Below, piece by piece: positions 23,401 to 36,266 of a stretch of DNA of 64,000 nucleotides; the first letter of the stretch is position 1, and every line of letters starts with the position of its first letter. The stretch lies in assembly GCA_964270895.1 (NCBI GenBank), contig OZ185438.1; one strand, written 5' to 3'. The notes below the pieces were generated by a model. That model saw only the letters and a program-made list of their open reading frames with translations. It searched no databases and was not told where the DNA came from. Made by a program: the position numbers and the translations under genes. This DNA comes from Podarcis filfolensis (lineage: Eukaryota).

Positions 23401-24120
23401 GCTTTGGAGCCTTGTCATTGCTGCCCGGCTGTTGGCTGCTCCCCGCCAGCTGCCATGGAGCATCACAGATTCCCGCCTAACCCGTATTTTAATTCAGCCA
23501 ATCTGTGGCAGCCTGGGGGATTGTTTGTCTTTGGTAGTGGACCTGGAGACCACAGTTTTCACTCTGTTCTGTTCTCCAGGCATTAAAGCTGGCTGGCACT
23601 GCACTCTGAAGATGAGTCGGCCAGTATTAGCATGTATAAAGAACCCTGTGGTGGAGCAGAGGCAAGTGAGAAAGTATGACAGGGCACAGGAAAAAATAAG
23701 TGAGCAACACGGGGTGCAGAGAATCCTGTCAGTTTTGGAAAGACAGAAGAGGCAACTATGATGTGATAGACAACATGTGCTATGGAGTGCAGAGAAATAG
23801 GAGGGAGTTTGTGCTGTGGTTTAAAAAAAAAAGGATGGTTAATGTGAAGGGGACCTTGGGGATTCTGAGAAAAAGAGAAAGTAGAAGATATACAATATGA
23901 AACACAGAGAAAGGGGTGCTATCTGATAAGGAAAAGGCTAAATGTGTAGCATAAATGTGTTAAAGTCCATAACTCAGGAGTCAGCCCTCTTGAGTTAATA
24001 AAAATACATAAGCTACCTTTGGTTCTGACCCCTGGTATTTGGCATTTGTGTTTAGTAATACTCCCATTTAGCTCAATCAGCTGGGAATGTAGATTAACAC
24101 ATAAGTAACAGAATAAGTAA

Positions 24121-24477
24121 GGGACACGGGTGGCACTGTGGGTTAAACCACAGAGCCTAGGACTTGCCAATCAGAAGGTCGGTGGTTCGAATCCCTGTGA
24201 CGGGGTTAGTTCCCATTGCTCTGTCCCTGCTCCTGCCAACCTAGCAGTTCGAAAGCACGTCAAAGTGCAAGTAGATAAATAGGTACCGCTCCAGCGAGAA
24301 GGTAAACGGCATTTCCGTGTGCTGCTCTGGTTCGCCAGAAGCGGCTTAGTCATCCTGGCCACATGACCTGGAAGCTGTACACCGGCTCCCTCGGCCAATA
24401 AAGCGAGATGAGCGCCGCAACCCCAGAGTCGGCCACGACTGGACCTAATGGTCAGGGGTCCCTTTACCTTTACCTTT
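24121..24477 (+). mobile_element. Sauria SINE, full length
   Basis: Head GGGACACGGGTGGCACTGTGG, box B GGTTCGAATCC, (ACCTTT)n tail, 13-bp TSD TAACAGAATAAGT (24106-24118, 24477-24489). Confidence 0.93.
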
Positions 24478-24490
24478 AACAGAATAAGTG

Positions 24491-24716
24491 GAATCATAGA
24501 CTCTTGGAATTGGAAGGGACCCAAGGGTCATCTAGACCAACCCCCTGCAAAGCAGGAATCTTAGCTAAAGCATCCATGATGGATGGCCATCCAACCTCTG
24601 TTTAAAAACCTCCAAGGAAGGAGAATCTCGTGGGAGTCTGTTGTACTGCTGAACAGCTCTTACTGTCAGAAAGTTTTTCTGAATGTTTAGTCGGAATCTC
24701 CTTTCTTGCAACTTAA
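24491..24716 (-). mobile_element. CR1 LINE 3' end
   Basis: GAATCATAG...GGAAGGGACCC...CATCTAG.CCAACCCC is the reverse complement of the CR1 terminus. Confidence 0.8.
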
Positions 24717-27241
24717 CTTATTTTATTTTCGTATTATGCCATCCTTGCTATCATTTGCAATACAGCTATTGGGGAAGGATTAAAAAAAAACTGCTGTGAA
24801 AGAGAGTTAGGGTTGTATCTCGGAGCATTTCCTATCTAAAACAAGTTATTTCTTTTTCTTTCTCAAGTTTACAACAATTTCTTATTTTCCACATGACAGA
24901 TTTTACAAACGCTTAATGCAAAATTCTGAAGACTTTGGCCAAAAGTTAAAACTTGCATTGCAGTTCCTCAGTTTCATTCTTGTCATGTTCACACATGACC
25001 AATAAACAAAACTCTAGCAATGGAGCCAAGCTTTACATGTGGGGCAGCCTCAGTTTTTCGGTGGATCAAATGGGACAACATAAACAGGCTAGGTGAAAAG
25101 AGGTGTTCAAGAAGGCACAATCCACTTGCTGCAACTGGTGTCATCAGTGGTCCATACTGTTCTTCTGTGGTGTCTGTAAATAATATAAATCACAGAGTAA
25201 TACTCCTCTGATCATTCCATCGATCAGGCTGGAGATAACAATATCTGAGGATGGAAAACACTAACAAAGCTAGAAGAAAGATAAAACATGTAGGGCTAAT
25301 TTTATGCCAATCCTTCCCCACCCTTTCAGTCTTTTGTGATCAGTATCTCTGTCAATCACATCCACAATATGTCACAAACGCTTTCAGTTGGATCCAGAAT
25401 TAGATGCACAAGCAAAGAGCTCCTCCAGACCATCTTGTTTATGAATCCTGATTTGCTTGTGCAAAGCACAGACGGTTGGTTAGACTGTGTCCAGTTATTA
25501 TTGAGCATTTCTTCTGATTTGTTTGTAAGTTTTATGAAAATATATTCATCTTCATTTGCTTGTGGGGTGTTTATATGTCTTTTCATTGATCAGTTGTACA
25601 TTCCATACTTTTCAATGCATTTCTCTGTCACTTACCTAACTGCAAAAAGTCTGTTATTTTTTTAAGTGTGGATGGGTTGCTGCAGGGGGGAAAGTGCTCT
25701 AATCTACTTCAGCTGCACAAACTTATATATCTCATGTTGTACTTCAGTCCTTCCCACAAAATATTGACAATCTGCAGTTACCCAAATTTATAAAGACTGT
25801 TGTCTTCTTGTCTAGGTCTTGGCTAAAAAAGAAACCAACCCTGACATAGAAGATTAGGATAATTTAACATTTATATATTGCATTCACATACATTGTCTCA
25901 GTGATTCATACAAGATCTCTGAAAGGTAGACCAGTATTAATATCCCCATATTGCACCTGAAGGTTTGAAGCTAAGAAAATAGTAGCTTAGCTAGGGCCAT
26001 GGTTTTGATTTGAATCAGGAACTTCTCAGCTCACATTGTTAGGCACATTTCTACATCAAAATTTTGAATGCAAACCAATTTAGTTTCCATTGCATTTTTA
26101 GGGAAGCACTCCTAAATTATAAAGATGTAGCCACGGCATATATATGATGGCAAGCTGTGAGATGCCATTAACTGTAACTCTCTAGACACATTGTTGTGGT
26201 GGTATGTTTTTGAGGCATTTGGTTATGAATCCTGTCAAATCAAAGCAGAAAGACATATTTGCCTTCCTGATTTCAGTAATTTGTACATTTTAAAAACAAC
26301 AACAACAACTATATTGTATTTGTGCAGACTAGAAAGCAATTCTTGACTTAGATATTTTATTGGAGCATTTTCTGTTTGGAGAAGACACTCTTCCTGCACC
26401 AGTGTGTGTGCACTGATATGTATACGGAGCTCCAGTGGCTCATATATTTCAATTTAAAAGATTTTTGTGGCAGGAACTCTGTGTGCTCATTGAAGCCTGG
26501 TGCCCTCAAAGAGTATAGGATGAAAGTTCTGCAGTGTCATCCTATGTGTGTTTACTTGGAGGTAAATTGAGTTTGGTGGAACTTTCCCCTAAGTAAGAGT
26601 GTTTAGGAATGCAGACTTGATAGGTTAGTCCTCTTCTATTAGATCTTTTTGCCAAGCACAATGGAAGGATTCTTTAGACAGCCTCTCTTCCCTCATGGTT
26701 TGAATTGTGAGCCAATTATAAAATATATATACAGTAGATACATTTCAGCAAACAACACTCCCATTTCAACATGTAACAGGGCAATGGGTGTGCCCTTGGA
26801 AGTGCACAATACAGTTCTCATCACCTGACTTTATACAGTTTTTGCACAATATAGATGATTGACTTTAAATTTGATCTTAATGTGACAAATTAATTCGGAA
26901 GCTGTATATTGATTGTCACATGATTATCTTTTTATATGTACCTGTGCTGGGAATTTGTAACTTACCATGACTTTCCACATTATATATGTATATGTATAGA
27001 AATATATGTATGGGGGAGATATATGCATACACATATATAAATATCTGCATGTTGCAAAATACATGTATGCATGCATAAGGATTGCTCAAGGATTGCTCAA
27101 TCTACACATTCCATGCCTTTTCTGTAAGGAAATAATTTCAGCAAAATTTTGTCATATTTGAATAGTTAAACTTCTTAAGCCTTGTCATGGAATTTAAAAA
27201 GAAACTGATTTAGGCTGATTTTTTTCAAACTATGCAGTTAA

Positions 27242-27463
<222 letters not shown>

Positions 27464-28295
27464 TAATTAGGGGGTCAGCAAATTTCACAAAAGGAGAGTA
27501 TCCTGCATAGAACTCGAGGGATATATTGCACATATTTAAAAACAGACAGGCACTGGGAAATGCTGTACACAAAAGAGGTTCGAAGAAAGAAAGAAAACTT
27601 TAGTTTCTCAACAACAACAAACACGTTTATCTCAGTTCCCATTTTAATGAAGAGTTAATCTGCTTCTGGTCCATTCTGTGGTAAATGAAGACATTATCCA
27701 TAAGCCTGGTGATGTCACAGATATTTAGATACTATCATATTGCTTTGTGTACTTCAGAATATGAAATAATTTTGCCCAGCTTTCAAGATTTCTCATAGCA
27801 GTATAGAATTTTTTATGTATCTAGGTACCATGCTCTGAGAATTCCCTTTTTGCCAATACATAGTAAATAATGTAATGATAAATATATTCCTCAGACACCA
27901 GAAAGAAATCCCTTATGTTCCTTAGCATCTCTTTCTGTTGATATGACAGAGATCCTCTTTATGTTCTATTGCTTGTCATTTTCTGTACCCCCCCCCCGCT
28001 CCCCCCTTGTTCTTCGCTTGTTTCCATCACAGCTACATATACACCACTTTAGAAAAGTTTATTGGGGATGTTCCAAAATCTCAAACCACCACTAATTCAG
28101 AGCAAGCATTCAAATTAGTCAAAACACCAAACAGAGTGGTTTTCAGATTTTTTTTTAGGGAGCTTCCCACTGGTCTTAAAATGAAGCTATTAGGGATTTT
28201 ATCTAGAAATGGCATCTCAAAGTACAATGGTATCTCAGGGATGTTCTTTAAAAGCTTACGGCACAAGACGAAGGGTGCTTTGTTCCTCATTCTGA

Positions 28296-28535
<240 letters not shown>

Positions 28536-28670
28536 AAGAAAATGATTTTGCCTCTTTGTGGCACTTCAGACCTTTATCAAGTACACTGAGTAGCTTTTAT
28601 ATCGACTGACAGGAGATCTATTTTATTGTTTATGATATGAGTAAAGTAAAAATTCCATTGTCATTGTGCG

Positions 28671-28676
28671 AATAAA
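28671..28676 (+). terminator. First AATAAA downstream of the CNKSR2 stop (candidate proximal polyA signal)
   Basis: AATAAA 135 nt after the stop codon; actual use not determinable from sequence. Confidence 0.3.
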
Positions 28677-31600
28677 TACTTACATACTTTTTACGCTGCT
28701 GATGCTCAGTTTATGTTTATGTTTACAAACACTGGCTGCGATCCAAAGAAGGAATATGCACTCGTGGGACAGAATCCTGCACATTTTGTTTGATATTGGT
28801 GCTGAAGAGTCTAAACTACTTTTAAACCGAAGAGAAACACATGCATGTTGCTTTCCTTGGATCGTGACCATTGTCTTTAAGGATTAAAATATATATATTT
28901 TAATGAGTATATATTTTGGAGGATTACATTGATTTATCAAGTGAAAAGATGGCACAAGAACAGTGTTTTATTACTGATTGTCAAATATGTTTCCTATTTT
29001 AATAGTATCTTAACTGTTGTAATGAGTTACACTTTCAAAATACAGCCTTTGTTTTGGCCAGTGTGGGATTTAAACTTTTATATTTGGTGGAATATTTTAG
29101 ATATTTTAAAAATGAAAAAAAGTATAATGCTGTGATTAGGATTGCATTTTTAAAAACGGTCAGGGAATAAGAGGGGTAAACTGGAGTTTAATAAGCTAGA
29201 TTATATATTAAACAGTTAAAGTTTCTTTTCCAGTCTTTTGAGGGATAGTTAACAGACAACCTATAGCACAGATTTAATTTGAGGATAAAGGGCTCTTTGT
29301 TTCAGTTATGGCAGAGACCTGACTGTACAATATTGTTGCCCTATGTTGGCCTCTTCTGACTCTTTTGCAGAAAAAAAATATTGTACTGTTAGCCAAAAGT
29401 TTCCATTCAGTGATTTTTTTTGTTTAAGTCAAACTTTAAAATGTTTCAAATGTGCCAGCTCACGTAAATTCCTGCTTTAAATAGGAGACGTTCTGAAAAC
29501 TCTGGTAAATAGGAAGGGGGCATAGGTGGGTGGGTTCAGCATATTATCAAAATACATAAATTTCCATACACAACTAATGTGGTTCTCAGTTTTCTTAATA
29601 GGCTGCTTTCCTACATAACACAAAAACATGCCCTAGTGCTCCATGAAAAGGCCGCATGAGCTTGAGCAAAGAGTTAGGCTCATAGATGCCTCCATCCCTT
29701 CTCCTTCTCCTGTAAGCCAGAGGAGGACGTCTGACTAGTTTACTTCCACTTTTAAAGAATCTTGGATTATAGTCATGTTCAAACCATATATCCTGATTTA
29801 AAACAAACTCTGGCCAGTTTCCTAATAGTTCAGCTTCAAACAATGCATTATGAAGCCAGAGTTTGTTTTAAACTAGGATCCCTGGTTTCAACATAACTAT
29901 AAGCCTAGATTCGTTAAAAATGAAACTATGCTTGCCAGAATTCATCTTTCCATTAGGAGGAGGTGGGAGAGGTGGAATACATATGCCTGACATCATGCTC
30001 ATTGAAGCTCATCACAGAAATAAACTGTGGCTTAGCATTATATGCAAATTCAGTTATACAAAATTCCCAGAAATCATAATAAATAGGCTTTGAGCAGAAA
30101 GAAGGCTCAATGGAATATTCCTCTATCCAAAACAAGATCCATATTAATACAGAATTACTTGCATGCCATGTGAAACTGATTATTATGCTAGCACAAGTGG
30201 CATGACTGTAACCAGTGGCACTTTAACATTTCTTCTCATTCATGCGTTCCTCAGAATCCATACAATGTTTCTCCCAAACTATTGCACTCCTATTTATTTT
30301 CCATTGTCTGATTTGCAGGTAATCTTTGAGATTCCAGTGCAAGAGGTCCAGTGCAGGCCTTTCCAGATGTGAAACAACTTAGTGCCCTTGCGATGTGGAG
30401 GTGTAGCTTGTGATGTGCATGGTGATCGTATTTTATCCCACCCTTCTGTCTCTTCACCATTACCATTTTGGGGGGAAATACCATCCTTTGCTATTGAGCT
30501 CCTGGAGTTGAAAAGGTAGCAAATTTAGCTAGGGAAATTGGGTTGAAATGGTCACAGGCGTTTTCCATTTTATCGTTTTCTTTTGGAGTGCACAGATGAA
30601 GGGGGTGGTAGCATTATCAATTTCCACGTTCAATATAAATGCATACACACCTATAGTCTGCATCCTTGAGCAAGCACTAGAATGCATATACCTTCTGGTG
30701 TGTTTTTGAGGGAGGAAGGAGATGAAATTGACAAGCTGCTTGTCTAGTTCAGTTCATTTTGCATTCTCGGAGTATATGCGAGCAAGGGTGGGCAGCTGAA
30801 GGTCAGCAGCAGGAGCTGATCTAAACTCTTGGTAACAGGAGGTAGGTTTCCCTCTCCTTGGAATATCAGGGGAGGTAGTGAGGGAGAGGGTGCTGCTTAC
30901 AGTGGCCACTTGTAGTTTCCAAGGCAGCAGTAGCAGCACTGGACACTCCAGTGTTGGGAAAGGGATGGGTGAAGTTTCCCCAGCATAGCTAAACCATCTG
31001 AGGAAGGCAATGCATGAGAGCTACATGTTGCCTGATTCACCCTCAGTCAGGCTCGCCCTTGAATGACATTAGCAAAAATCTTTGTTTTGTGCTGATGATG
31101 TTTGGGAGATGCTAGGAAGCAAAGTTGACTCCTCACACCTCCAGAAGAATGTTAGGTACCTTCATATCACGAGACCCTTGTATTGCCAGGGGTTGGCTGC
31201 ACTCTACATGCTTGCCACAAAATTGGTCTGGAGATGCCCCATACAGCCAGCTTCCCAATAAGCAAAAATACTACAGACGTTGCAGCATTAATGATTAAAC
31301 CCATCTGTGCCTGGCTAGAGATGCCCTCTATCTATCAGCACCTTAATTTTTGCCAAGACCGAGCATGACAAAAGAAAAAGTCCTTGTGGCTTCTTAATGC
31401 TTTTCTGCAGATGGGAGAAGTTGAGAGATGAGCTGATAAACCCCCAAATGGGATACATCTTTTAAAACCTTTCTTTCTTATGAATTGTACTCTCTCAGCT
31501 AGCTTCCAGCTATAGCCTGTTCAATGCAGTGAATGTACTTATAAACATTTAAGAGCACAATTATTTTCTGCTCTTGGGACTAAAAGAAGGATCAAAGGAT

Positions 31601-32092
31601 TGCTTGTTTCTTTTCAGCTGCATTTTGGATTCCAAGCGTCTTGCAAACTTTGCACAACTGTACAGGAGAGTGGCCTTTTTACAGCTAATTTTACGTAAAT
31701 CTGTATTCAATTAAGACTGAATGGCAATTCATGCATTAAGATTTGTATGAATTTACAGGTCCGGTCAACTATTTATATCATCTATAAGAATCTCTTTGTA
31801 TAAACAAATTATTTGACTGCATGATTTGTTTGTTATAACTGGTGATATTTTGTATATTTCTCACATAAAAATGCTTGAACAACGATCATGTTAATTGTTC
31901 CTAATGTTGATTTTTGACTCTTGCTGCATTTCCCCTCTACATTTTATGAATTTACAATGTATATCAAGTGATATTTCTAGACATAGCCATAGCCTTATGG
32001 TCAAAATTAACCTGCACCAGAATCACTTAATAGTTTAATAAGGACTCCTGCTTCATACCAGAATTGCATAGTATCCTGCATAGAAATAGGAA

Positions 32093-32466
32093 ATGGCCAT
32101 AGCTCAGTGGTAAAGCACATGCTTTGCATCTGAAAGGTGCCAGGTTCAATCCCTAGCATCTATGGGTAGCGTTGAGGATGTCCCCTATCTCAAACCCTGG
32201 AGATCTGCCTGCAGCTGACCCTGGACTAGATAGAGTAACAGTCTGACTCTAAACCAGGGGTAGTCAACCTTTTTATACCTACCGCCCACTAATGCATCTT
32301 TCTGGTTGGTAAAATTTCCTTACCGCCCACCAGTGCTTGATGGAAGGAGGATTCAGCTTGTGCTGTATAACCCCCTACCGCCCATCTAGAATCCTGAAAC
32401 GCCCACTAGTGGGTGGTAGGGACCAGGTTGACAACCTCTGCTCTAAACCATCTCCTTGTATTCCTA
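32093..32466 (+). mobile_element. tRNA-headed SINE with CR1-like tail, interrupted by a hAT MITE
   Basis: Box A TAGCTCAGTGG (32100-32110), box B GGTTCAATCC (32143-32152), CTGGACTAGAT..GTCTGACTC segment, tail TTCCTA. Confidence 0.75.
32255..32440. mobile_element. hAT (Charlie-like) MITE, 186 bp
   Basis: 8-bp TSD CTCTAAAC (32247-32254, 32441-32448). TIR CAGGGGTAGTCAACCT vs CAGAGGTTGTCAACCT (14/16). Internal TACCGCCCA x3. Confidence 0.92.
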
Positions 32467-34490
32467 ATTCTTTAATCTGTAGCTTCATAAGATTCTTGTC
32501 GGTTGTGGATTACAGCTTTATGTTGTAAATTGCAGGCCAAAATTTCTCTGGGTAGAAAGGTGAAAGATCAGTGTAGACCTTTACCTCACTTGTTTCTCCT
32601 ACACAGAAAGTCCTTCCTTCATTGATAAAGTATGAAGGTTGTATCTAGTAGATACATATGCTAATGTTTGTATTTAGTTCAATGTACAGCTGTGAAGCTG
32701 GGGCTACTCAAGGCTTTCCAGTAAACAATCTGAAAAGGTGTGACCAATCATAGCTTCTTTCACACGCAGGATAAAATCCACACGTGTGTGATCGTCTGAC
32801 ACTTTTGCTCTTATTTTATTGATTGAATTATCCTGCCACACTGTCTCACAGTATCCACAGCATGGATCGCAGCATAAAATACAATAAAAGCACAGTCCAA
32901 TACAGCATAATGAACACAAACCAAGAACCTAAAACTTAAAATATAAAAAAGAATATGTGTTGCAACAGATAACATTAGACGTTCCTAGAATTTTTAAAAA
33001 TGTCTGTACTATATTTCCTAAAGTTAAAAAAATATATTCATGAGCTACATGTTTCTTCCTACACTGAAGCTTCTCTGTGGAAGAAAAGGATTACAAATGC
33101 AGTACAGCTAGGAGTCTTTTAAATTTATACAGGGAACTGGTGGGTTTATAGGAAATTGGGGATCCCCAGAAACTTTAGAATGAGTGCCCCTCCTTGACCC
33201 AGTTGGCTGTGTAACACTGGTACAGAGTGAGACCATGCCAACAAATTCTTAGGATTGGCCTATAGGGCATCTTATACAACTGCATCCTGTTGCTATGCAA
33301 CAGTAATTCTGCCTGCATGTTATCTTGCTGTAGACAGTGTTTGTGACTTCGTTCCAAGCATAAAATTCAACCTCATCTTGTAAGACTGTCTGGCATGAAA
33401 ACGTGCCATCGTTTTTTTCATTGTGCTGCCTTCTTTGTACATTAGACTGAGAAGTGCTTCTCTGCATCTTCAGTGCTTTCGGACTAAAGGGATATGCTAT
33501 AAAATAGATTGTGTTTGAAAGCTAATATATAAAATTATAAAGTTAAGTTACAGTCAGATTTCACACTCTGAAATCAAATACCATATCTGCAAGTCTGTGA
33601 ATGAGGCATGGCTTAAAACTACTAAACCCCATCCTGCCCTGGCAGTAATGCAGAAAGAGGCTGCTGATGCCTTTTTGAAGTCAAAGCAGAAAATTCCTTT
33701 ACCCCTTCAAACAGAAATGCATCGTGCACAATATACCCATGGGCAGCTTTTATAAGTGTGCTGAAGCACAGAGTCATTCAGCAACTAGAAACAAACATCT
33801 CCATCCCATTTATGGTCCTAAAGGGCACAGAGTACAAGGTGTTCTTTCTCGAATACAAGATACAATTGTTTCATGTTCCACTCAACCTTATAATAGTTAG
33901 ACCAGCTGCTAACTCTTTGCCTTAGCTTAGAACAACTGTGTTAAAATTTCACCCATTAAAATGGGAAGCATGACAGAGATTTAAGGAGTGCAAAGTTTTG
34001 TTTACTTTTTTGTGCAATTTGCAGTGCTTTCCCCCATTCTAAAGCTTTGGCACAATTAAAAAAAATGAACTGGGATCATGTAGGCAATACAATAACATCA
34101 TGCAATTATGCAGCCTCTAATTCTTTTATCAAATGAATACCTGCTTCAAACATAAAGTGAAGGTATGAAGAAAGAGGCATATAAATGGATTCTTCCATTC
34201 TATTTTTTAATATGCCTCTTTCTTCACACATTCACTTTATGTTCTGCAAATCAGGTATTAATTCACAGTTATTACTGAATACAAAATAGTTGTTTATGTA
34301 CAGCTCTTATTGGCAACAAGTTCTTAGTCTTTGCCTGTTTTACTCTGTGATTTGAAATACAAAATTCAAGCCTATTTACTGATTCACAATATTATCTCTT
34401 AATATAGAATGGGACAACATTTTTAATATTTAGACATTCTGGAGATGTTACGGAATTGTCCTTGCAGATCATTTTATGGTGAGTTGTTAC

Positions 34491-36266
34491 CTAAACAGTT
34501 AGTCTCTTTTGTTGTTGAATGTCTTTAGCATCTAGTAATTCAGAAAGCTCTAGCACAGCACACTGCAATCCATACCAAGGCAGCGAAGCTTTGCATATTT
34601 CTTCCCAACAGTCATTGTCTATATCATAGCCCACCACATCCTGAGTTGGAATCTCCTGGGAATCTTGCCACTTCTTCCCCCCAATGAGAAGGGCAGTTTC
34701 CTCCACTACTGCCAAACCATAACTAAATCGATCATAGACCAATGGCCTTAGACGAGTCCATTGATTTTGGTCAGGATTGTATTTTTCAATTTCAGAGAAT
34801 GGTTCATAAAGGCCTAAAAATGTAAAGATGCAGTCTCTTATGGTGGCCATCTGATGCCCAAACCGAGCAATGCTCATGGGGGCTTGCTTTTTCCATTGCC
34901 CTTCTAGTGTACTCAAAGAGTACAAATCCTTACTTGTGTTACTTTGATTCGTGGATTTGCCACCCGATATATAAATGTTATTCTTGCAAACAGTGCCGGC
35001 ATGACCATGCATTTTGCATGGCAAATCTCGAACTTTTGTCCATGTGTCTCGGCTAATGTTGTAGGTTTCGACAGATGAATGTAATGATCCATCCTCACCT
35101 TGACCACCAATTGCAATAATGGTGTTTTCTAGGATGCAACAAGAAAAGTGGCATCTTTTTTCTAGCATCCCGTTGATTTGTATCCACTTGTTAAATCTGG
35201 GGTCATAGCGATGGACTTTGTTTGTCACAGTTAAAGTGGGACTTTTCGTTTCACTTTGCAAATCTTCTATTTCTCCACCTAGCACATACAGAAAGTTTCC
35301 AACTGTACACACACAGTGATTTTGTAGTCGATCCTGCACCTGTGTTAAAATCTGCCATTTGTGATTGTAAACATCAAAAGCCACCACATCCCTGCTTGGC
35401 CCTTCATGTTGAATCATACCTCCAAGCAGGATAATCCGCGTCTTCTGGTTTCTCAGTGTGCTGTACTTATCCTGTAGGATAGGTTGCCTAAAGACGAATG
35501 AGTGGTAGTTTATTGCTTTTATGATTAAGCATTTTATGGGTGCTGTTAGAGGGACTTCTGATTGAGTGTAGACTTTTCTCAGATTTTCCACAGGGATAAG
35601 ACCATATCGTATGTGTTCCAATAAGCTAGTTGTATGTGTCAGCCTCAATTTATCATACTTCAGCCACTTCAGCAATAGATCTAGCAAATTAGATTCTTTC
35701 ACCATAGGCAGATCTGAACATTCAACTACTGCCTTCAAAGATCTGAAATTCAGTTCTAGCAGTTCTGCAAAATCAAGGTCTAGGAGTTTCCAGAAATTAA
35801 AAATGAGATATTTTTCTACAGCTGACAAAGCATCTGGAAGATAGAATCTTGCAGCAACATTGGCAGAAAAGCAGCAGTTTTCTAGGGTAAGATTGTTAGC
35901 CAAATATTGGCTGCACAAGACAATTGCCTCAGACACTTGCAGGTAGGTAGCGGCTTCCAAAGTGTCTTCCAGGCTGGCAAAAGACAAAGGCAACCAAGAA
36001 GTATAAATGAAATCCAGAACGTGTTGCAAACCAGTGGCTGAGATGACTTGCAGGTGAATGATGGCAGCCTTTGATTCTTTGGTATAACTCTTGAACATGG
36101 CCCTGAAGTAATCACTGGAGCAGGCCAGCAAAGACTTGTGAGCAGGGAACTCATTTTCTTTCACCTTCAACAAAATGTCACACAACAAGCCTTCACTGCG
36201 GAGGGTTTGGTACTGAGACAACACAGAACCACAATGTCCTTTGCAGTAGGACAGAAAGTAACTCAT
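34491..36266 (-). CDS. KLHL34: Kelch-like protein 34 (BTB-BACK-Kelch), single coding exon, 591 aa
   Basis: Uninterrupted ORF. N-terminus MSYFLSYCKGH...EFPAHKSLLACSSDYFRAMFKS and C-terminal FLGLYEPFSEIEKY...WTRLRPLVYDRFSYGLAVVEETALLIGG match KLHL34. Position between CNKSR2 and SMPX fits. ATG at 36266-36264; the track's start at 36278 is a TTG. Confidence 0.96.
   Translation of the reverse strand: MSYFLSYCKGHCGSVLSQYQTLRSEGLLCDILLKVKENEFPAHKSLLACSSDYFRAMFKSYTKESKAAIIHLQVISATGLQHVLDFIYTSWLPLSFASLEDTLEAATYLQVSEAIVLCSQYLANNLTLENCCFSANVAARFYLPDALSAVEKYLIFNFWKLLDLDFAELLELNFRSLKAVVECSDLPMVKESNLLDLLLKWLKYDKLRLTHTTSLLEHIRYGLIPVENLRKVYTQSEVPLTAPIKCLIIKAINYHSFVFRQPILQDKYSTLRNQKTRIILLGGMIQHEGPSRDVVAFDVYNHKWQILTQVQDRLQNHCVCTVGNFLYVLGGEIEDLQSETKSPTLTVTNKVHRYDPRFNKWIQINGMLEKRCHFSCCILENTIIAIGGQGEDGSLHSSVETYNISRDTWTKVRDLPCKMHGHAGTVCKNNIYISGGKSTNQSNTSKDLYSLSTLEGQWKKQAPMSIARFGHQMATIRDCIFTFLGLYEPFSEIEKYNPDQNQWTRLRPLVYDRFSYGLAVVEETALLIGGKKWQDSQEIPTQDVVGYDIDNDCWEEICKASLPWYGLQCAVLELSELLDAKDIQQQKRLTV

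Noticed and set aside
23252-23761. 169-aa ORF, or a CNKSR2 exon starting at the acceptor near 23579
   Set aside because: Starts at TTG, no similarity to CNK-family sequence, unremarkable composition.
32093-32165. tRNA gene
   Set aside because: A and B boxes are present but the acceptor and anticodon stems are broken, and it continues into a SINE body; the same holds for the other tRNA-like heads.
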